Assembly: GCA_018303025.1 (NCBI GenBank)
Contig: JAGVYZ010000014.1
Location: forward strand, 21,145 to 85,144
Reading direction: 5' to 3'
Source: Candidatus Woesearchaeota archaeon
Lineage (GTDB): Archaea > Nanobdellota > Nanobdellia > SCGC-AAA011-G17 > GW2011-AR20
Length of the DNA stretch: 64,000 bases
Shown: positions 20,036-29,569 of the stretch, piece by piece
How the letters are laid out: each line of letters opens with the position of its first letter
Numbering within the stretch: position 1 is the first letter of the stretch
Program-made: the position numbers and the translations under genes
The notes under the pieces: model-generated
Seen by the model: only the letters and a program-made list of their open reading frames with translations
Database searches by the model: none
Told to the model about the DNA's origin: nothing

Positions 20036-21199
20036 ATGGAAAAACTAGCTATAGATGGTGGAGAGCCTATAATTAAACAAAAAATTCCAATGGTTGTACC
20101 TTATTTTGATGAAAAAGAAATAGATTCTGTCGTTGAAACTATAAAGTCTACATGGATTTCTTCTAATGGCAAGAAAGGAAAAGAGCTTGAAGAAAAAATG
20201 TGTAAATATTTAGGAGTAAACCATACTATTTTAGTAAATAACTGCACATCTGCATTACATTTAGCTTTAATGATTTTGGGAATAAAATCAGGAAATGTTT
20301 TAGTACCTGATTACACATTTACCTCTACCGGGCTTGCACCAATACTAGTTAATGCTTCTCCTAAATTAGTTGATGTAGAGTATGACACTGCAAACATTGA
20401 AGTAAATCAAATTGAAAGAAGCATTGATTCTAATACTAAATGCATAATACCTGTGCATTATGCCGGACATCCATGCGAAATGGACTCTATAAACAGAATA
20501 GCTAATGAAAATGAAATTTTTGTTGTAGAAGATGCTGCTCAGGCATTAGGCTCTGAGTATAAAGGAAGGAAAGCTGGAACATTGTCCGATATTGGTTGTT
20601 TTAGTTTTCATGCTGTCAAAAATATAACTTGCGGAGAAGGCGGGGCTATTGTTACAAATGATGACAAATTAGCTGAAAAAGCTGTTATCATGCGAGACAA
20701 AGGAACAAACAAGGCTGCTTTTAATATACATCAGAACACTGGATTTTATGATTATGTTTCAGAAGGGCACAATTTCATGCTATCTGAAATTTTAGCTGCT
20801 GTTGCTTTAGAGCAATTTAAGAAAATAGACAAGATTACTGAATTGAGAAGAAAAAATGCAGATTATATGGTGAAAGAGTTAAAGAAATTAAATAATCCAA
20901 AGATAATATTGCCTACTGTAAAAAATTATGCAAATACAAACTGGCATTTGTTTCCAATAAAGTTCAAAGGAGATGTTAATTGGTTCAGCAAAGCAATGAA
21001 TGCAGAAGGAATAACTGCAAATATACATTATGTTCCATTGCATTTGACTACACTGTATAAAAAATATGGCTACAAGGAAGGGGATTTTCCAAATGCAGAA
21101 AGAGTTTTTAACAGCATGGTCAGACTGCCAATGCATCCTGGATTAACAAAAGAAGACATGGATAATATTGTGAAAGCAGTAGAGAAAGTGGCAAGATGA
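20036..21199 (+). CDS. DegT/DnrJ/EryC1-family PLP-dependent nucleotide-sugar aminotransferase
   Basis: Has the active-site block FSFHAVKNITCGEGGAI with the Schiff-base lysine retained. This argues for a transaminase and against an E1-type 3-dehydrase. Confidence 0.8.
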   Translation: MEKLAIDGGEPIIKQKIPMVVPYFDEKEIDSVVETIKSTWISSNGKKGKELEEKMCKYLGVNHTILVNNCTSALHLALMILGIKSGNVLVPDYTFTSTGLAPILVNASPKLVDVEYDTANIEVNQIERSIDSNTKCIIPVHYAGHPCEMDSINRIANENEIFVVEDAAQALGSEYKGRKAGTLSDIGCFSFHAVKNITCGEGGAIVTNDDKLAEKAVIMRDKGTNKAAFNIHQNTGFYDYVSEGHNFMLSEILAAVALEQFKKIDKITELRRKNADYMVKELKKLNNPKIILPTVKNYANTNWHLFPIKFKGDVNWFSKAMNAEGITANIHYVPLHLTTLYKKYGYKEGDFPNAERVFNSMVRLPMHPGLTKEDMDNIVKAVEKVAR

Positions 21200-22059
21200 A
21201 AGGAACAATAGGGGGGAAAGTCCAGAAATTTTACAATGAAACTCCTTTTCCAGATTATGAACTTGAAAGATTTGAAAATAAAGAACAATTGAGAATTTTA
21301 GCTTATCCTTTTGCAGAAACATTAGATAGAAGTATTCCTAAAGATGCAAGTATTATAGATGTTGGAACAGGAACAGGGCAGTTATCTGCTTTTTTATCTT
21401 TAAAGAGAAAAAATGTATGGGGTATAGACTTTTCAGATAGTTCATTAAAAAAAGCTAATGCATTAAAAGAAAAATTAAAACTAGATACATTAACATTAAA
21501 GAAAGTTAATATTCTTAATGATAATGAAATTGAAAAATTACCCAAGTTTGACTATGTCTTATGTATGGGAGTTTTGCATCATACTGGAAATCCAAAGAAA
21601 GCTTTTAGGAATATATTAAAATTATTGAAACCTAATGGAAAAATAGCAATTGGATTATACAATAAGTATGGAAGAATACCATTAAAAATAAGAATTTTTT
21701 TAGCTAAAACTATTTTTAGAAATAACCAAAAAGTAAAAGATTATTTCATTAGGTTACAGATTGGAGAAATTAAAGACAAAGAAAGAGCAAGAGGATGGTG
21801 GAATGACCAATATGAACATCCTCATGAAAGCACTCATACTATTGGAGAAGTTCTTGATTGGTTTAAGAAATATAATGTTAAATACTTGCAAACAGTCCCT
21901 AATACTAAATTCTCCAATGGTACTGATTTAGAGTGTTATGGGCTGTTTAATAAAGAGAGAAAACCAACTATAGTTCATAGAGCTTATAATCAATTAAAGT
22001 GGATTTATACTACCCATAAAGAAGGTGGATATTGGATAACTATGGGTGAGAGAAAATGA
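21196..22059 (+). CDS. Class I SAM-dependent methyltransferase
   Basis: Motif I IIDVGTGTGQL. ATGA overlap with the upstream gene. Confidence 0.65.
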   Translation: MKGTIGGKVQKFYNETPFPDYELERFENKEQLRILAYPFAETLDRSIPKDASIIDVGTGTGQLSAFLSLKRKNVWGIDFSDSSLKKANALKEKLKLDTLTLKKVNILNDNEIEKLPKFDYVLCMGVLHHTGNPKKAFRNILKLLKPNGKIAIGLYNKYGRIPLKIRIFLAKTIFRNNQKVKDYFIRLQIGEIKDKERARGWWNDQYEHPHESTHTIGEVLDWFKKYNVKYLQTVPNTKFSNGTDLECYGLFNKERKPTIVHRAYNQLKWIYTTHKEGGYWITMGERK

Positions 22060-22640
22060 AAGGAATACCTTACCTTCACCCTTTTTTATATAAACTAACT
22101 ATGAAAATTCTTAATTTGGGGCATTATAAAAAAAAATATAATTTTTTGAAAAAAGAAATAGGAGACTTAACTGTTTTAGATGTTGGTTGTGGTGATTGCG
22201 AACTTGCTAATTATATTAAGAAAGAAAATTATAGTGGATGGGATACTAATGAAATATTTGTAAAAAAGGCTATTAAAAAAGGATTAAAGGTTGAGAATAA
22301 AGATGTTAGAAATTCTAATTTTCCAAAAGTAGACTGCATTGTATTTTCAGAAGTTTTGCATCATCTTCAACCAGATTATAAAAAGATAATAAAAAAAGCT
22401 ATTGATAATTCAAAAAAAGTTATTATTATTGAACCAGTAAGTCATGTAGCATCTTCTAAAAATATAATACTTTCTTTTATGGGAAAAGCATTTAATTATA
22501 ATGGACAAAAAGATTCAGTAGTTATACCTATAGAAAAAGAAGAGCTTATTAAACTTGGGAAAGAATTTAATAGTAAGATTATAAAAACAGAGGGAAGATT
22601 ATTATTAATGGTTTTTGAAAATGGAAGAAAAAGAATTTAA
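22056..22640 (+). CDS. Small class I SAM-dependent methyltransferase
   Basis: Motif I VLDVGCGDCELA. 4-nt overlap with the upstream gene. Confidence 0.5.
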   Translation: MKGIPYLHPFLYKLTMKILNLGHYKKKYNFLKKEIGDLTVLDVGCGDCELANYIKKENYSGWDTNEIFVKKAIKKGLKVENKDVRNSNFPKVDCIVFSEVLHHLQPDYKKIIKKAIDNSKKVIIIEPVSHVASSKNIILSFMGKAFNYNGQKDSVVIPIEKEELIKLGKEFNSKIIKTEGRLLLMVFENGRKRI

Positions 22641-23292
22641 AATATATGGGCAGGAAAAAGAAGTACAGTATCTTTCACAGATTTACAGAAATATGGGAAT
22701 ATTTTTAGCTGAAAGACTTGTAAAGACTGAAATAACACCTAATTTTATTACATTTCTTGCAATATTTTTTGGTTTTGTTTCTATAGGAACATTATTATTT
22801 TTTAAAAATAATTTAGGAATAATTATTGGGGTTGCTATTTTCCAGCTGTCTTTGATTTTAGATGTTACTGATGGTTCTTTAGCAAGAAGGAAAAATATAA
22901 TTAATAAGTTTATAACATGGATGGATTATAATGCTGATGTTTTTTTAGACACTTGTGTTCTTTTTGCAGTAACTTTATCTCTTTATTTACAAACAAAAGA
23001 ACCATTAATCTTAATTTTTGGATTTTCAACAATAATTATGAAAGATTTAATTTATAATATTAGCATAGCTTTGGCAGCTACTGTAAAAGAACCTTCAAAA
23101 ATATTAGAAAAAGGACAAAAGAACTTTTTATCAAATTTTATTCCTACCAGACCTTTTATTTTTTTATCTTTGATGATATTTGCTATTTTTAATAAAGTTT
23201 ATCTTTATTTTGTCTTAATGACAATTTATCAAGTCTTTTTTTACTTTGGAACATTAGCTTACTTAAGCATAAAATTGAAGAAAAATGAATGA
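22615..23292 (+). CDS. CDP-alcohol phosphotransferase family membrane protein
   Basis: Has DVTDGSLARR...(multi-TM) consistent with the D-G-x2-A-R...D-x3-D signature. About 6 TM helices. Confidence 0.65.
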   Translation: MKMEEKEFKIYGQEKEVQYLSQIYRNMGIFLAERLVKTEITPNFITFLAIFFGFVSIGTLLFFKNNLGIIIGVAIFQLSLILDVTDGSLARRKNIINKFITWMDYNADVFLDTCVLFAVTLSLYLQTKEPLILIFGFSTIIMKDLIYNISIALAATVKEPSKILEKGQKNFLSNFIPTRPFIFLSLMIFAIFNKVYLYFVLMTIYQVFFYFGTLAYLSIKLKKNE

Positions 23293-23950
23293 AATAAGCA
23301 AAGTAGATTATTATGGAAAAAGGGAAGTTGTAGAAAATTATTTTGAAAGAAGATATGGCAATAATAGCGGGAAGCTTATCAATAAAAGAGAATTATATGC
23401 TGTTAAATCTTTACTTCCGGGAAAAGGAAAAATTTTGGATGTTGCCTGCGGAACAGGCAGATTGGGCATGATTCTAAATAGAAATTTTGAAGTTACTGGT
23501 GTAGACACTTCAAAAGAGATGCTAAAAATATGCCCTTATAAAAATAAAATAATTGGAAGCGCTGAAAAATTACCTGTAAAAGATAAATATGATATTGTTG
23601 TTGCCTTAAGGTTCTTTTTTCATTATGAAGATATTGAACCTTTTTTAAAAGAATTCAAGAGGGTTTCTAAAAAGAATGGGTTTATCATCTTTGAAACATA
23701 TTCCTGGAGTCCAAGAAGCATAATTAATATAAAAAGCCTCGGAGGAAAAATATATTCTCATAACCATAAGAAAATTTTAGAAATATTAAACAAACTTGAT
23801 TTAAAACTTATTGAGAAAAGAAGAATATTCCTTTTTTCACCTTTTGTGCAAAAAAAACTGCCATTTTTTATTCTTAAATTTATTACTAAAATAGAAGAAA
23901 AACTTCCTGATAAATTTAAAATGGACTGCTATTGGAAAGTTCAAGTTTGA
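23285..23950 (+). CDS. Class I SAM-dependent methyltransferase
   Basis: Motif I ILDVACGTGRLG. Overlaps the upstream gene. Confidence 0.65.
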   Translation: MNEISKVDYYGKREVVENYFERRYGNNSGKLINKRELYAVKSLLPGKGKILDVACGTGRLGMILNRNFEVTGVDTSKEMLKICPYKNKIIGSAEKLPVKDKYDIVVALRFFFHYEDIEPFLKEFKRVSKKNGFIIFETYSWSPRSIINIKSLGGKIYSHNHKKILEILNKLDLKLIEKRRIFLFSPFVQKKLPFFILKFITKIEEKLPDKFKMDCYWKVQV

Positions 23951-25431
23951 AACAAGCAAACATCATTTATTTGTTTTAGTTTCTTTAAATTGCAAAATTC
24001 TAATGTATTGCAATTGTCATTTTGAGTAATAATATGTGTTGTATTAACATAATTAAGATTTTCAGTTATTGCCTCACAATTTTTTTCATTTAATAACTGA
24101 TTTATTGCTTTAAATTTTTTAACATACTCTGCATCTTTTTCAGAATAAGACCAGCCACCAGAAGTTGAAAGATTTAAAAAAATTGGGGCATAAGAATAAT
24201 AAGCATTTGAATAAGAAGTTGTGCTGTTAATTCCAAAAATAACAAACTTGCTGTCTTTTGGAAGCTCTTCTAGTAAACTTAAAATATTATTTTCTAAAGG
24301 CGTATGGTCTACAAAATAAGGTGTATGAACTGCATTTGCTATGATGCTTAAGACAGCAAAGAAGATTATACCTAAAATAATTATTTTTTTAATCCAAGAT
24401 TTATACAAATTAAAATCTATTTTTAACAAATAGTAAACTATAAAGAAAATAAGCAGGGTTATAACTGAATCAGGATAAACTTTATCTAAGATAGGCAAGA
24501 AGGCAGTTATTCTGAATAAAAATAAAATAGTTAAAATTAATATTGGTAAAAAAAAGATGAATTCTTTCTTAATTCTATTTTTATAAAAATACAGGAAAGA
24601 AATGACTAGTAAGACAATAGGTATAATAATTCCTACAATGTTCGTTAAGAGCCATTGACCAGAAAATTCTAATGATCTTGTTCCCATTGAATAGTTTAAT
24701 ATTGAATTATTTTTTAATTGAAGTAAATAATTAAACCACCAGAATGAAGACAATATTAAGCCGAGAATCATTAAAAAAATCATTTTTATCTTATCTGCTT
24801 TGTTAATGACTAGAAATAATCCAAAAAGCATGATATGCGCCAGGATTATTGTCACTGGATGTGAAATCATTAAAATAGTGTAAAAAATTATAAAGATTAT
24901 ATAAAAAAACTTGTCTAGTTTTTTGTTTACATATTCTATGCTTAAGAAAAATAAGGGGATAAAGATTACCCAGCTAAACAGTTCTGACATTCTTCCAAGC
25001 CTTATGAAATCACCTATTGACATGGGGTTTGCGAAAACAAACAGGAAAAAGACAACAGAATAAAGAAAAGAAAATCCCTGCATTTTTCCAAATTTGTAAA
25101 TCATGTAAAAACCAATCACTAAAAGAATGATAAGAGAAAGATATGTTGCTAAAAGAATATTGTTTAGTAATAAATAAATTGGATATGTGAAAAAAGCCCA
25201 GCCAGGCGTATAAGAACTAAAAGTAGTATAGCCATGATACCAATAAGGGCAGATTTGATGAAAACCACAGTCTTTTAAGAAAAATAGCATAGCCATATGT
25301 CCACTATAATCATTGACTGTATCTAATGGAAAAACGGTTATTAATTTTGATTGATTAATTAACCGAAATAAAAGATTAATGAATAGAATTAAAGCTGACA
25401 ACCACAAATACTTTTTAGGAATAGTCTTCAT
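23941..25431 (-). CDS. Polytopic membrane protein, possibly a GT-C-like or glycan polymerase/ligase-like enzyme
   Basis: 496 aa with more than 10 TM helices plus a C-terminal extracytoplasmic domain. No confident family. Confidence 0.45.
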   Translation of the reverse strand: MKTIPKKYLWLSALILFINLLFRLINQSKLITVFPLDTVNDYSGHMAMLFFLKDCGFHQICPYWYHGYTTFSSYTPGWAFFTYPIYLLLNNILLATYLSLIILLVIGFYMIYKFGKMQGFSFLYSVVFFLFVFANPMSIGDFIRLGRMSELFSWVIFIPLFFLSIEYVNKKLDKFFYIIFIIFYTILMISHPVTIILAHIMLFGLFLVINKADKIKMIFLMILGLILSSFWWFNYLLQLKNNSILNYSMGTRSLEFSGQWLLTNIVGIIIPIVLLVISFLYFYKNRIKKEFIFFLPILILTILFLFRITAFLPILDKVYPDSVITLLIFFIVYYLLKIDFNLYKSWIKKIIILGIIFFAVLSIIANAVHTPYFVDHTPLENNILSLLEELPKDSKFVIFGINSTTSYSNAYYSYAPIFLNLSTSGGWSYSEKDAEYVKKFKAINQLLNEKNCEAITENLNYVNTTHIITQNDNCNTLEFCNLKKLKQINDVCLFQT

Positions 25432-25482
25432 AAAAAGGTTAAATAGGTTTATTTTAAATAACTTTAGTTTTTTATTATAAAT

Positions 25483-26583
25483 ATGAAAATAGCCTACTTA
25501 ATTGAATATTTTGAACCGTTCAGCAGAGGAGCTGAGAACAATTGCTATTATTTAGCTAAAGAACTTGCTAAAAAACATGATGTTCAGGTTTATACTTCTG
25601 ACAGGAAAGATGGGAAGATTGCTTCTTCTTATGAAGTTATTGATAATATTAAAGTACATAGATTCAAACCTTTTTTAAGATTTAGATATTATTTGAGTAT
25701 AACTCCAGGATTAATTAAAATTTTAAAAGAAGATTATGATATTGTGCATGTTCATTCATTTGGATTTATTTGGCATGATTTTATTGTTTTTTTATTAAAA
25801 TTAAGAGGAACTAAAGTTGTAAATACACCTCATGGACCATTCATGGCTTTACCTAGTTATAATATTTTTCAGAGAGTCTTTAGAGGGATTATTAGGTTTT
25901 TTGAGTTTTTTATAAATAAACTTTATGATATTGTTATTCAGGTTAATCCAGAACAGTATAAGTGGATGACTAAAGAAGGTGTAAATTTAGAGAAAATTAA
26001 ATTTATTCCCAATGGGATAAGTGAAGAGAATTTTAAAGAGATAAAACAAAATAAATACAAGTCAAATAAAAAAATAATTTCTTATGTTGGTGGTTTGCAA
26101 AAGTATAAAGGTATTGAGCAGATAATTAAAATATTGCCTGATTTTAAAGATGTTAAATTTATCTGCGTTGGGGAAGGAGAAGATAGAAAAAGACTTGAGA
26201 AAATTGCTAAAGACTTGAAGGTTGATGTTGTTTTTACAGGAAGGATTTCTGATAATGAAAAACTACAGGTTTTAGATGCTTCTGATGTTTTTATTTTACC
26301 TTCTGAATGGGAAGCTTTTGGAATTGTAATCTTAGAAGCAATGGTCAGAGGAAATGCAATTATTAGCACTAAAACAGAAGGCGGTTTATTTTTAATTTCA
26401 AAAGAAAATGGATTTTTATATGACTTTGGAAATTTAAAACAATTAAAAGAAAAATTGGAAGTTTTATTAAAAGACAAGAAATTACTAGAAAAAATAAAGA
26501 AAAATAATTTAAAGAAAGCAAAAGAATTTTTATGGAAAGATATTGCTAAAGATTTAGAAAAGGTGTATAAGGAACTAAGATGA
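25483..26583 (+). CDS. Glycosyltransferase family 4
   Basis: GT-B fold with C-terminal EWEAFGIVILEAM motif. Confidence 0.7.
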   Translation: MKIAYLIEYFEPFSRGAENNCYYLAKELAKKHDVQVYTSDRKDGKIASSYEVIDNIKVHRFKPFLRFRYYLSITPGLIKILKEDYDIVHVHSFGFIWHDFIVFLLKLRGTKVVNTPHGPFMALPSYNIFQRVFRGIIRFFEFFINKLYDIVIQVNPEQYKWMTKEGVNLEKIKFIPNGISEENFKEIKQNKYKSNKKIISYVGGLQKYKGIEQIIKILPDFKDVKFICVGEGEDRKRLEKIAKDLKVDVVFTGRISDNEKLQVLDASDVFILPSEWEAFGIVILEAMVRGNAIISTKTEGGLFLISKENGFLYDFGNLKQLKEKLEVLLKDKKLLEKIKKNNLKKAKEFLWKDIAKDLEKVYKELR

Positions 26584-26623
26584 AAGAAGCCTTTTTAAAA
26601 AAGCCTTCGGGGAAAATAAAAAA

Positions 26624-27760
26624 ATGAAGATAGCGTTTGTTTGCCCGTATTATGAACCTGTTGTAGACGGACCTAAACAGGTAATTATTGAAATTGCTAA
26701 GTATTTAATTAAAGAAGGAAATGAAGTTCATGTTTACACTTCTGACTGGGATAAATATAAGAGGATAAAAGTAAAAGAAGAGGTTATTGATGGTGTTTAT
26801 GTTCATAGATGTTTTCATATTTTAAGGGTAGCTAATTTTGCAACTGTCTGGCCTTCTGTTTTTTTTAGATTGCTTAAAAATGATTTTGATATTATCCATA
26901 CTCATGTTTCTGGGCATGCTCATGTATTCTTTGCTTCTCTTGCTGCTAAATTGAAAAATGTAAAATTAGTTCATACAACTCATTGTCCATGGACAAATGC
27001 TAATAGAGGATTTATTGGAAGTTTATTGGTAAAAATAAGCTATAACACTATTAACAAATTAAGCTTTAAGTGGAGTGATAAAATAATTGCTATAACTCCT
27101 TGGGAAATTCAGTTTATTGAAAAATATGGTGGCAAAGGAAAAATAGAAGTTATACCAAATGGTGTTTCTGAGCTTTTCTTTGAAAAAGTCAAAACAAATA
27201 ATTTCAAGAAAAATTTGGGATTAAAAGGGAAATTTGTTTTATTCTTTGGAAGATTGAATGTAACTAAAGGTGTTGATAATTTAATGAAAGTTGCTAATGA
27301 GATTGTGAAAGAAAGAAAAGAGGTTAATTTTCTTTTTATTGGACCTGATGAAGGAATGAAAGATACTTTGATTAAAATGAACCAAAATAAAGAAAGAATA
27401 AAAGTTTTAGATGCTATTAAAGATAGAAAAAAGGTTAGAGAAATGTATCAAAGTTCTGAGGTATATGTTTTACCTAGCTTTAGGGAAGGAAACCCTCTTA
27501 CTTTATTTGAGGCATTTGCATCTGGTTTGCCTGTTGTTGCTTCTCCTGTAAATGGGATTCCTTTTGAAATGAATAGTGAAAATGGATTTTTAGTCGAATA
27601 TGGTGATTTAAAGAATTTGAAATTGAAAATATTGAAGATACTGGATGATGAAAAGTTAGCTTTGAATTTTTCTAAAAATAACAGAAAAAAAGCTGAAAAG
27701 TACAAATGGAATGATATTGCTAAAAAGACTGAAAAGTTGTATAAATATTTGTTAAAATGA
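26624..27760 (+). CDS. Glycosyltransferase family 4
   Basis: C-terminal motif FREGNPLTLFEAFASGLPVVASPVNGIP. Confidence 0.75.
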   Translation: MKIAFVCPYYEPVVDGPKQVIIEIAKYLIKEGNEVHVYTSDWDKYKRIKVKEEVIDGVYVHRCFHILRVANFATVWPSVFFRLLKNDFDIIHTHVSGHAHVFFASLAAKLKNVKLVHTTHCPWTNANRGFIGSLLVKISYNTINKLSFKWSDKIIAITPWEIQFIEKYGGKGKIEVIPNGVSELFFEKVKTNNFKKNLGLKGKFVLFFGRLNVTKGVDNLMKVANEIVKERKEVNFLFIGPDEGMKDTLIKMNQNKERIKVLDAIKDRKKVREMYQSSEVYVLPSFREGNPLTLFEAFASGLPVVASPVNGIPFEMNSENGFLVEYGDLKNLKLKILKILDDEKLALNFSKNNRKKAEKYKWNDIAKKTEKLYKYLLK

Positions 27761-28510
27761 TTCTGGTAAATGAAGATATTCTCCAAATGTGAAAAATCCA
27801 ATTATTTCATGATTCTTTGCAAGAATTGGAAATAAATCTTTTTCTAGGCTTTTTATGTCTTGATTCAAATAACTGAAGATTTCTTCTCTAAATAAATATA
27901 CACCTGCGTTTATTATATATGAGTTAGTTTTCTTTTTTTCCTTGAAGTTTATCACTAAATTTCCATCCAAAACAACTGAACCATATTTACTTGGAGAAGA
28001 ACTATTAATTAATCCCATATACATAATTTTGTTATTTTTCAAAAATTCATTCAACATATTTTTAAGATTAAAATTATTTAATGTGTCTCCATTAAAAACA
28101 AGAAAATTTCCCTTAATTTTTTCCTTTAATTTTGATAAGGCTAATGCATTGCCTTTATGCTCTTTTTCATAAACAAGTTCTATTAAAATTTTGTGATTAA
28201 TTTTTGAGATAATTTCCTTAATTTTTGGATTTTCTTTAGTTATTAGGTATAGCTTTTTTACACCATTTTTTTCTAAAAAATTTAAATGATGCTGCATTAA
28301 AATTAAACCATTTAAGTTTTTATTTAACAAGTCTAATGAATTTTCATGAATAAGCATCACTGCATCCAACAAAGGCCTGTTTTTGATTGATTCGTTTAAT
28401 AAGGATTCAATTGCCTGTGATCTTGAACGTATGAAATCATTATCAACATAAGAATCTATAACCTGCAATAGATTAGAATCCAGGGAGATTGCTATTTTCT
28501 CTTTTTTCAT
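27752..28510 (-). CDS. Ribbon-helix-helix (CopG-like) domain fused to a sugar-nucleotidyltransferase-like domain that lacks the N-terminal G-loop; candidate ligand-sensing regulator
   Basis: The N-terminus IAISLDSNLLQVIDSYV...RSRSQAIESLL has an RHH pattern. The remainder resembles the NTP_transferase core (VFNGDTL...AGVYLF) but has no GGxGTRL loop. Confidence 0.45.
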   Translation of the reverse strand: MKKEKIAISLDSNLLQVIDSYVDNDFIRSRSQAIESLLNESIKNRPLLDAVMLIHENSLDLLNKNLNGLILMQHHLNFLEKNGVKKLYLITKENPKIKEIISKINHKILIELVYEKEHKGNALALSKLKEKIKGNFLVFNGDTLNNFNLKNMLNEFLKNNKIMYMGLINSSSPSKYGSVVLDGNLVINFKEKKKTNSYIINAGVYLFREEIFSYLNQDIKSLEKDLFPILAKNHEIIGFFTFGEYLHLPESF

Positions 28511-28545
28511 ATATTTTACAAGATAATAAGGTTTAAATAGCTAAT

Positions 28546-28564
28546 GGTATGAACAGTTCATACC
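28546..28564. promoter_or_regulatory. Perfect 19-bp palindrome GGTATGAAC-A-GTTCATACC, a candidate operator for the adjacent RHH-domain protein
   Basis: Read directly in the divergent intergenic region. It abuts the ATG of the GHMP kinase gene and lies 36 nt from the start of the RHH-fusion gene. Confidence 0.5.
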
Positions 28565-29569
28565 ATGATAATTAAGAGCAGGGCACCAGTAAGGATATAT
28601 TTTGGAGGAGGAGGAACAGACATTTCCCCTTATACTGAAGAATATGGCGGTGCTGTGTTAAATACAGCTATTTCAAAATATGCATATACTACCTTAAGAA
28701 CAAATGAAGAGAACAAAATAGAGATTACTTCTGCTGATTATAACAAGACTATTACTGTAGACCATATAAGCCATCTTGATGCTGGAAACAATTTGGACAA
28801 TCTTGACTTAATCAAGGCAATCATTAAAAAATTTTATCCAGAATATGGATTTGAAATTTTCTTAAGAGGAGATATAATGCCTAATTCAGGATTAGGAAAC
28901 TCAGCTTCTACTGCTGTTTCAATTATTAGTCTTTTTAATTATTTAAACAAAAATAAGCTAAACAATAAACAAATTGCTGAACTTGCTTTTCAAATTGAAA
29001 CTAATGATTTGAAAAATGTAGGTGGCAGGCAAGACCAATATGCTGCAAGCTTTGGCGGCTTTAATTTAATGGAGTTTAAAGGAAATGACAATGTAATAGT
29101 AAAACAAGTAAATATCAAAAAAGAAACAGTTATGGAACTTCAAAAAAGACTTGTTCTTGCTTTTATTGGAAAAAGAGAACCATCAGGAAATATTTTAAAA
29201 TCACAGCAGGATAGTTATTCAAAAAGAGATAAAATAGAGCTTCTTGATTATTTAAAGAAGAACACTTATTTAATGCATGATTATTTGAAAGAAGAAAAAT
29301 TTGAAGAATTTGGAAAATTACTTTCAAACTCATGGGAGAAAAAAGTTGAGCTTAATCCCAACATAACTACTCAGAAAATTGAGGCACTTAGAGATATTGC
29401 AAGCAAACATGGTGCAATAGGTTCAAGAAACATGGGTGCTGGAAGAGGAGGCCATATGATTTTCTTTTGCAGAGAAGGAAGAGAACACAATGTTAGAAAT
29501 GCAATAGAACAATCTGGTGCTAAGATAGTTGATTTTAACATGGACAATGAAGGAGTGCAAGTATGGTAA
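28565..29569 (+). CDS. hddA: GHMP-family sugar kinase (HddA-like D-glycero-D-manno-heptose-7-phosphate kinase type)
   Basis: N-terminal SRAPVRIYFGGGGTD and the GHMP motif PNSGLGNSASTAV. Confidence 0.7.
   Translation: MIIKSRAPVRIYFGGGGTDISPYTEEYGGAVLNTAISKYAYTTLRTNEENKIEITSADYNKTITVDHISHLDAGNNLDNLDLIKAIIKKFYPEYGFEIFLRGDIMPNSGLGNSASTAVSIISLFNYLNKNKLNNKQIAELAFQIETNDLKNVGGRQDQYAASFGGFNLMEFKGNDNVIVKQVNIKKETVMELQKRLVLAFIGKREPSGNILKSQQDSYSKRDKIELLDYLKKNTYLMHDYLKEEKFEEFGKLLSNSWEKKVELNPNITTQKIEALRDIASKHGAIGSRNMGAGRGGHMIFFCREGREHNVRNAIEQSGAKIVDFNMDNEGVQVW

Noticed and set aside
20036-21199. DegT-family protein as an E1-type CDP-6-deoxy-4-keto-hexose 3-dehydrase (3,6-dideoxyhexose pathway)
   Set aside because: The active-site block retains Lys (AVKNITCGEGG), whereas E1 has His. 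No E3 reductase partner is nearby.
26584-26623. Apparent palindrome gaagcctttttaaaaaagccttc between two GT4 genes
   Set aside because: On inspection it is a direct repeat of aagcctt flanking T5/A6, not an inverted repeat, so there is no hairpin. It may just be an AT-rich spacer.
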